From: Pseudoalteromonas obscura
GTDB lineage: Bacteria > Pseudomonadota > Gammaproteobacteria > Enterobacterales > Alteromonadaceae
Direction: 5' to 3'
Length of the DNA: 32,000 bases
Assembly (NCBI RefSeq): GCF_030135505.1
Contig: NZ_JASJUT010000017.1
Coordinates: forward strand, 11,658 to 43,657
Below are positions 27,741 to 32,000 of the stretch, piece after piece. The position numbers and the translations under genes were made by a program. Within the stretch, counting starts at the first letter, position 1, and the number at the start of each line of letters is the position of its first letter. The notes beneath the pieces were generated by a model that did not search any database, had not been told where the DNA came from, and saw nothing but the letters and a program-made list of their open reading frames with translations.

Positions 27741-29990
27741 ATGATGGCTACAGATGATATAGCAATTGTCGGGCTCGCTTGCCGATTTCCAGAGGCAAGT
27801 TCTCCGGCCCAGTTTTGGCAAAACTTAGCACAGGGACGGGAGTCCATAGCAAGATTATCCGACGCGCAATTACGCAACGCAGGTGTCAGCGACAGCGAAT
27901 TTGAGCAACCCAGTTACGTCAAAGCATATACCCCCCTTGCCGATATCGACAAGTTTGATGCGCGCTTTTTTGGGATCCCAGCAGCAGAAGCAAAGTTAAT
28001 GGACCCACAACAGCGGACCTTGCTTGAAATTATCTATCACGCTTTAGAAGATGGCGGCGCTTTGCAAACAGCGCAGCAGAGAGAAACTGGTGTCTATGCA
28101 ACTGGTGGCGGGATCACCCGTAGCTATCTTTATCAAGAAGCGACAAAGCACTTTAAGGGCAATAGTGATACCGGCAGCTTGTTACAATTACTCAACGATA
28201 AAGATTTTCTTGCGACACGGGTATCCTACAAATTAAATTTACAAGGCCCCAGTCTCTCCGTGCAAACAGCCTGCTCAAGCTCCATGGTTGCAGTTCACTT
28301 GGCAAGAAGCGCATTACTGAGCGGAGAAATCGATATCGGTATCGCCGCAGCCAGCTGTATCAGACTACCACAAGAACGGGGCTACAATGCCGCAGAAAGT
28401 ATGATCTACTCACCAACCGGTCGCTGTAGAACATTTTCAGACGACGCCGATGGCACCATTTTTGGCAGTGGCTCAGGCGCAGTGGTACTCAAACGTTATC
28501 AAGACGCACTGGCCGATGGCGATCATATTTATGCACTGCTCAAGTCAACCGCGGTCAATAATGATGGGGCTGGAAAGTTTGGGTTTACCGCTTCCAGTGT
28601 GCCAGGTCAAGCCAAGGCCATGGTTAAAGCTATCGCATTGGCGGGGATCAGTGCGGACCAGCTCAGCTATATTGAATGCCATGGCACTGCGACCAAAATA
28701 GGCGACCCACTGGAGATCCGCTCGCTCGAAAAAGCATTTTCACTGGATACCGATAAAAAACAATTTTGTCATATCGGTAGCGTCAAACCGAATATAGGTC
28801 ATTTAGAGCAGGCGGCTGGACTTGCCAGCCTCATCAAACTTGCGCTGATGATAAAACATCGTCGGCTTGTGCCCACTATTAATTTTCGCGCACCCAACCC
28901 GAAATTAAAATTGCCACAATCCCCCTTTAAAATGGCACTCGACTATGAAATGTGGGAACCCGAACAACAGCGGTGCTACGCCGGGCTGAACTGTTTGGGT
29001 GTGGGGGGCACCAATGTATTTGCCATTCTCAGCGATCTCCCCACCACCGACGCGACAGCATCCAATGACAACAACCTAGTTGAACCTGCACAAGATGTGT
29101 TGTGTCTGTCAGCCAAAACGAAAACACAGCTCGTCGAATATATCGAGTGTATCGCAAACGATGAACGGCCTTTGCCACTGTGTGCCCTCGCCTACAACAT
29201 CAATACCAGCCGTGCACATTTACCAATACGTAATACAGTGGTGATTGACCGGGATATGAGTATAGGACAGTGGCGCGAACAAGCCTTGACCAAGATCGCG
29301 GCGTCCAGCGAGCGGCGTGGAACGACATTTGATAAACCAATCCAGTATATATGTAACCCCACAGAATTCGTTCATGCCAGCCAAGTAGCTACACTGGCCG
29401 CTGACATGCGCTGCCAATGTTTTACAGATGCCTATCAACGCTGGATGGACAGTGCAGCGCTCACTCTCATAAGTGACTCCACGGCCCCCTTTACACAGCA
29501 CGTGGCGAAATTGTTGGCATTTGAACTGGCATTGTATGAGCAGTTAAAGCACTGGGGATTAAAGATGGCATCATTTCTTGGTGAGGGAATAGGTCGATAT
29601 GCGCAACTGTTGTTGGAAAATGTCCCCTCGCAACAGTGGCTCAGTACGCTGGAAAAAGAACTACATATACATCACGATAATTTAAACCACGCACAAACTC
29701 ATAGCTTTTCTCAGATGGGTGAAGTGGCCATTGAGCAAGATCTACACCTCGCAAGTGAAGGCCCGATAATTTATCGCAATCGTCCTTTACATAACCTCAC
29801 AGATGATGTGTATGTCTGTGCCAGCGAACAGTTTACTACCACCGAACTGTGGTCCCTGCTTGCCACGATTATCGACAAAGGCGCGCAAATTAACTGGCAA
29901 AACTACTATCCTCTCAAGGCTTTTGAAAAACATACTTTACCCAACTATCCATTTGAGAAGAAACGCTATTGGTTGGTTGATGAAGACTAA
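27741..29990 (+). CDS. Ketosynthase with degenerate acyltransferase remnant (MmpF type)
   Basis: KS ~27753-29036: IAIVGLACRFPEASSPAQFW, VQTACSSSMVAVH, IECHGTATKIGDPLE, PNIGHLEQAAG, GLNCLGVGGTNVFA. Downstream region TQHVAKLLAFELALYEQLKHWGLKMASFLGEGIGRYAQLLL matches the AT fold without GHSxG. C-terminus LPNYPFEKKRYWLVDED. Confidence 0.88.
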   Translation: MMATDDIAIVGLACRFPEASSPAQFWQNLAQGRESIARLSDAQLRNAGVSDSEFEQPSYVKAYTPLADIDKFDARFFGIPAAEAKLMDPQQRTLLEIIYHALEDGGALQTAQQRETGVYATGGGITRSYLYQEATKHFKGNSDTGSLLQLLNDKDFLATRVSYKLNLQGPSLSVQTACSSSMVAVHLARSALLSGEIDIGIAAASCIRLPQERGYNAAESMIYSPTGRCRTFSDDADGTIFGSGSGAVVLKRYQDALADGDHIYALLKSTAVNNDGAGKFGFTASSVPGQAKAMVKAIALAGISADQLSYIECHGTATKIGDPLEIRSLEKAFSLDTDKKQFCHIGSVKPNIGHLEQAAGLASLIKLALMIKHRRLVPTINFRAPNPKLKLPQSPFKMALDYEMWEPEQQRCYAGLNCLGVGGTNVFAILSDLPTTDATASNDNNLVEPAQDVLCLSAKTKTQLVEYIECIANDERPLPLCALAYNINTSRAHLPIRNTVVIDRDMSIGQWREQALTKIAASSERRGTTFDKPIQYICNPTEFVHASQVATLAADMRCQCFTDAYQRWMDSAALTLISDSTAPFTQHVAKLLAFELALYEQLKHWGLKMASFLGEGIGRYAQLLLENVPSQQWLSTLEKELHIHHDNLNHAQTHSFSQMGEVAIEQDLHLASEGPIIYRNRPLHNLTDDVYVCASEQFTTTELWSLLATIIDKGAQINWQNYYPLKAFEKHTLPNYPFEKKRYWLVDED

Positions 29991-30037
29991 CGTTGTTACA
30001 CCTAGACTAACAAAAGATACAAGGAGCATGAAATAAC

Positions 30038-30310
30038 ATGAGTAACGCAGCAACAGCTAGAACATTGGTAATTAGCTTTATTGAAGAAATGAATCGTTCA
30101 TCACTACGTGGAGACGAGATCCAAAATGACTTTGAGCTAAAAGATAAACTTAATATCGATTCATTAAACAAGCTCATTTTACTGACCCGAGTCACAGAGC
30201 ACTTAGGTATTGAGTTTGGCACAGCCGATAAAACCATTAATGACTTCACCACAGTCAACGATCTGATCTCATTTGTTGAATCACACACCTCAGCACTAGA
30301 AGTGTCGTAA
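30038..30310 (+). CDS. Discrete acyl carrier protein (mAcpE type)
   Basis: 90 aa; DKLNIDSLNKLILLTRVTEHLGIEF around the Ser attachment site; upstream AAGGAG. Confidence 0.82.
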   Translation: MSNAATARTLVISFIEEMNRSSLRGDEIQNDFELKDKLNIDSLNKLILLTRVTEHLGIEFGTADKTINDFTTVNDLISFVESHTSALEVS

Positions 30311-30599
30311 CTTTTTCGACCTCACTTGACCAAGGCAGCTGGGATCACACGCTCTTCGTACGTTTCTGGTTTCTGGCTGCTGCCCAGACAAATCGCTGCA
30401 ATATATACGGATATATCAGATATCACCACGCATTGTGGTTTGATACATCGCCAAACGACACTGTGTAGACAAGCCTATTGTACGTGTAGCTACAAGGTAT
30501 TAGTCACCTTATCGCTCTCATCTGTGATCCCTGAGCCATATTGCCATATCTTAAACCTGCCTTTTTAACCATATGCGTCACTTTACCCCCTTTGATGGT

Positions 30600-30870
30600 A
30601 GCATACGCCGTCGTCGTTGATTTGACGACGTTTGTCTGTGGTCAGTTCAAGAAAACCAAGATACCTTTACCCTTAATATGGATCTCATTATCCTTAAAAC
30701 GCTCGCCAAACTAGGATTTCCAAAAGCACCATAGGCGCTTTCCTATTGTTGGCGCATACCGATGAACCCAATGATAAATAGTTGTGTGTTCAGCGCAGGC
30801 TCCCGCTCTCAAACATTGCTTCCAACTCGTGGTCACTGTATTCACATTAATCCCAATCAACTTAAAAATA
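30600..30870 (-). pseudogene. Decayed IS6-family-like transposase fragment
   Basis: Minus-strand translation EHTTIYHWVHRYAPTIGKRLWCFWKS (~30713-30792) resembles the IS6/IS26 stretch HTTIYRWVQRYAPEMEKRLRWYWRNP. A second frame gives YSDHELEAMFESGS (cf. YRELEEMLAERG), then frameshift/stops; a weak EIHIKGKG match follows. Confidence 0.6.
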
Positions 30871-31392
30871 GGAGCTAATTCACTCAATGGTATTTCCTTA
30901 TTTCAGTTAGTGATGACTTAAAAAAGGGGGAATTATGACCCCTCGCGTGAGAACACAAAACAGTAAAGGAGAGAATGCGATTATTGGCTTCAAGGCGCCA
31001 GTTTCGGTCAGGTGAAATACCATTACACATCTTTGCTCAAAAAATGCTGTAGAGCAACAAGAGTTGAATAGGCCTACTTATTGAGTGCCGTCCATCCTTA
31101 AGGGGGAGGAGGGAAGCGCTTGTAGCTCCTCACGTAAACATAGATATGATGATAAAAAACCAAAGCAGATCTCTAAACGCAGAAAGACGAAGGTATACCC
31201 GAGAGCTTGAAGAGCAATTTGTTGCTCAAACTGTGCTGTAAATATTTTAATACCCACGGGCCGCTGAGATAATAATACGGTGTTCAAAGCGACGATATTT
31301 AAACTGGTTCATGTGGGGTATACACTAGAGGTTTAGCGCATTTCAAAAGAACCCAAATGCGGTCACAGTGAAAGAGAGCTTGCGTTTAATTC

Positions 31393-31449
31393 TTGGCGAA
31401 TTCAGTTTGAATAATTTGCTAATAAGTTGGCGAATTCAACTTGAATAAT
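31393..31449. repeat. Two direct 23-bp repeats, candidate partition centromere
   Basis: TTGGCGAATTCAGTTTGAATAAT (31393-31415) and TTGGCGAATTCAACTTGAATAAT (31427-31449), 21/23 identical, starts 34 bp apart; the second contains TTCAA-C-TTGAA. Confidence 0.6.
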
Positions 31450-31469
31450 CTGGTTTTAACTTTAAAAGC

Positions 31470-31488
31470 AAGGAGTTAAAAACTCCTT
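31470..31488 (-). terminator. Hairpin terminator of the parB-like gene
   Basis: AAGGAGTT-AAA-AACTCCTT stem-loop, then (minus strand) GCTTTTAAAG; 22 bp past the stop codon. Confidence 0.55.
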
Positions 31489-31510
31489 ACCTTGTTATAC
31501 AAGACGAATA

Positions 31511-32000
31511 TTAATCTCGATAATGCTGCGCTAAAATCGCTTGCACAGAAGATTCAATCTCTTTCAATACGTCTTTTTTGATCCTGCCAAACTCAAAGGA
31601 CACAGCTCGGTTTGACTCTTTTTTTCTCGCAAACATGTCTTTTGACTCAAAATGTCTCAGTGTAGAAGTCACCACAGGTGGTTTATTGGGACGTTCAGAG
31701 CTCAAACTTGCTTTAAGAGTTTGGCTGATAATTTCTTTATGCTCATGCACCTCGACACCATCAAGTTGTACGGCCAACAATTCCTGGATACGAATTATCT
31801 CATCATTCAAGGTATCCTGATATCTGCTCATCACTTTAAAGAGCAGATCATAATCGGCGATGGAGAGCTCTCCTGCAATAGGGTAGAGCTGGATCAGTCG
31901 AATATCCACACTGGCCGCTTTCAATGCTCGACAGATCTTTGCTTGACTGCAGTTGTGTAGTTTAGCCAAATCCGCTTGCTTCAGTGTGGGGTTGTGCTTT
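31511..32000 (-). CDS. parB: ParB-like plasmid partition protein, C-terminal part (5' end beyond right edge)
   Basis: Frame is open to the window edge: KHNPTLKQADLAKLHNCSQAKICRALKAA (helix-turn-helix) ... NKPPVVTSTLRHFESKDMFARKKESNRAVSFEFGRIKKDVLKEIESSVQAILAQHYRD. The TTG at 31969 in the ORF track is internal. Confidence 0.75.
   Translation of the reverse strand, partial: KHNPTLKQADLAKLHNCSQAKICRALKAASVDIRLIQLYPIAGELSIADYDLLFKVMSRYQDTLNDEIIRIQELLAVQLDGVEVHEHKEIISQTLKASLSSERPNKPPVVTSTLRHFESKDMFARKKESNRAVSFEFGRIKKDVLKEIESSVQAILAQHYRD

Noticed and set aside
30326-30568. 80-aa plus-strand ORF after the last ACP
   Set aside because: Low-complexity Cys/His/Ile-rich translation in decayed spacer; overlaps the possible IS6-like remnant region; no recognised family.
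31078-31287. 69-aa minus-strand ORF
   Set aside because: No recognisable domain; probably chance ORF or remnant.
1-32000. CRISPR arrays, tRNA/rRNA genes, defence systems, integrated acyltransferases, thioesterase and NRPS (pyrrothine-type) domains
   Set aside because: None visible. There are no regularly spaced repeats beyond the pair near parB, and no AT with GHSxG, no TE and no condensation/adenylation NRPS module; a pyrrothine pathway, if present, must be outside this window.

Overview
Read by eye, this window is part of a trans-AT polyketide synthase cluster of the mupirocin (pseudomonic acid) / thiomarinol family, next to a plasmid partition gene. A co-directional minus-strand block (reading right to left) encodes: an FMN/luciferase-like monooxygenase (MupA type); a 3020-aa PKS (KS0-ACP-KS-KR-ACP-KS-ACP-ACP-ACP, MmpA type); a complete beta-branching cassette (donor ACP, Cys->Ser decarboxylating KS, HMG-CoA-synthase-like HCS, ECH1); an ECH2-KS0-ACP-FAD-oxygenase fusion (MupK+MmpE type); an alpha/beta hydrolase (MupL position); and the start of another PKS (KS-DH..., MmpD type) that runs off the left edge. 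Divergent from it on the plus strand are a eukaryotic-type (type 2) isoleucyl-tRNA synthetase, the probable self-resistance target copy (MupM type), and a five-gene operon: acyl-AMP ligase, SDR, ACP, KS with a dead AT relic, ACP (MupQ/MupS/mAcpD/MmpF/mAcpE type). The right edge carries a truncated ParB-like gene, two near-identical 23-bp repeats just downstream of it, and a decayed IS6-like transposase. The closest class I know is the thiomarinol system on the Pseudoalteromonas plasmid pTML1. I cannot run a search, so whether this is that locus or a new relative is open. The most interesting details are the triple Trp-flagged beta-branching ACPs, the ECH2-KS0-ACP-oxygenase fusion, two KS domains missing the HGTGT histidine, the GHSxG->GEGIG AT relic, the Cys-nucleophile hydrolase and palindromes in the divergent promoter region. 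Domain boundaries are approximate; motif coordinates were read from the nucleotides.
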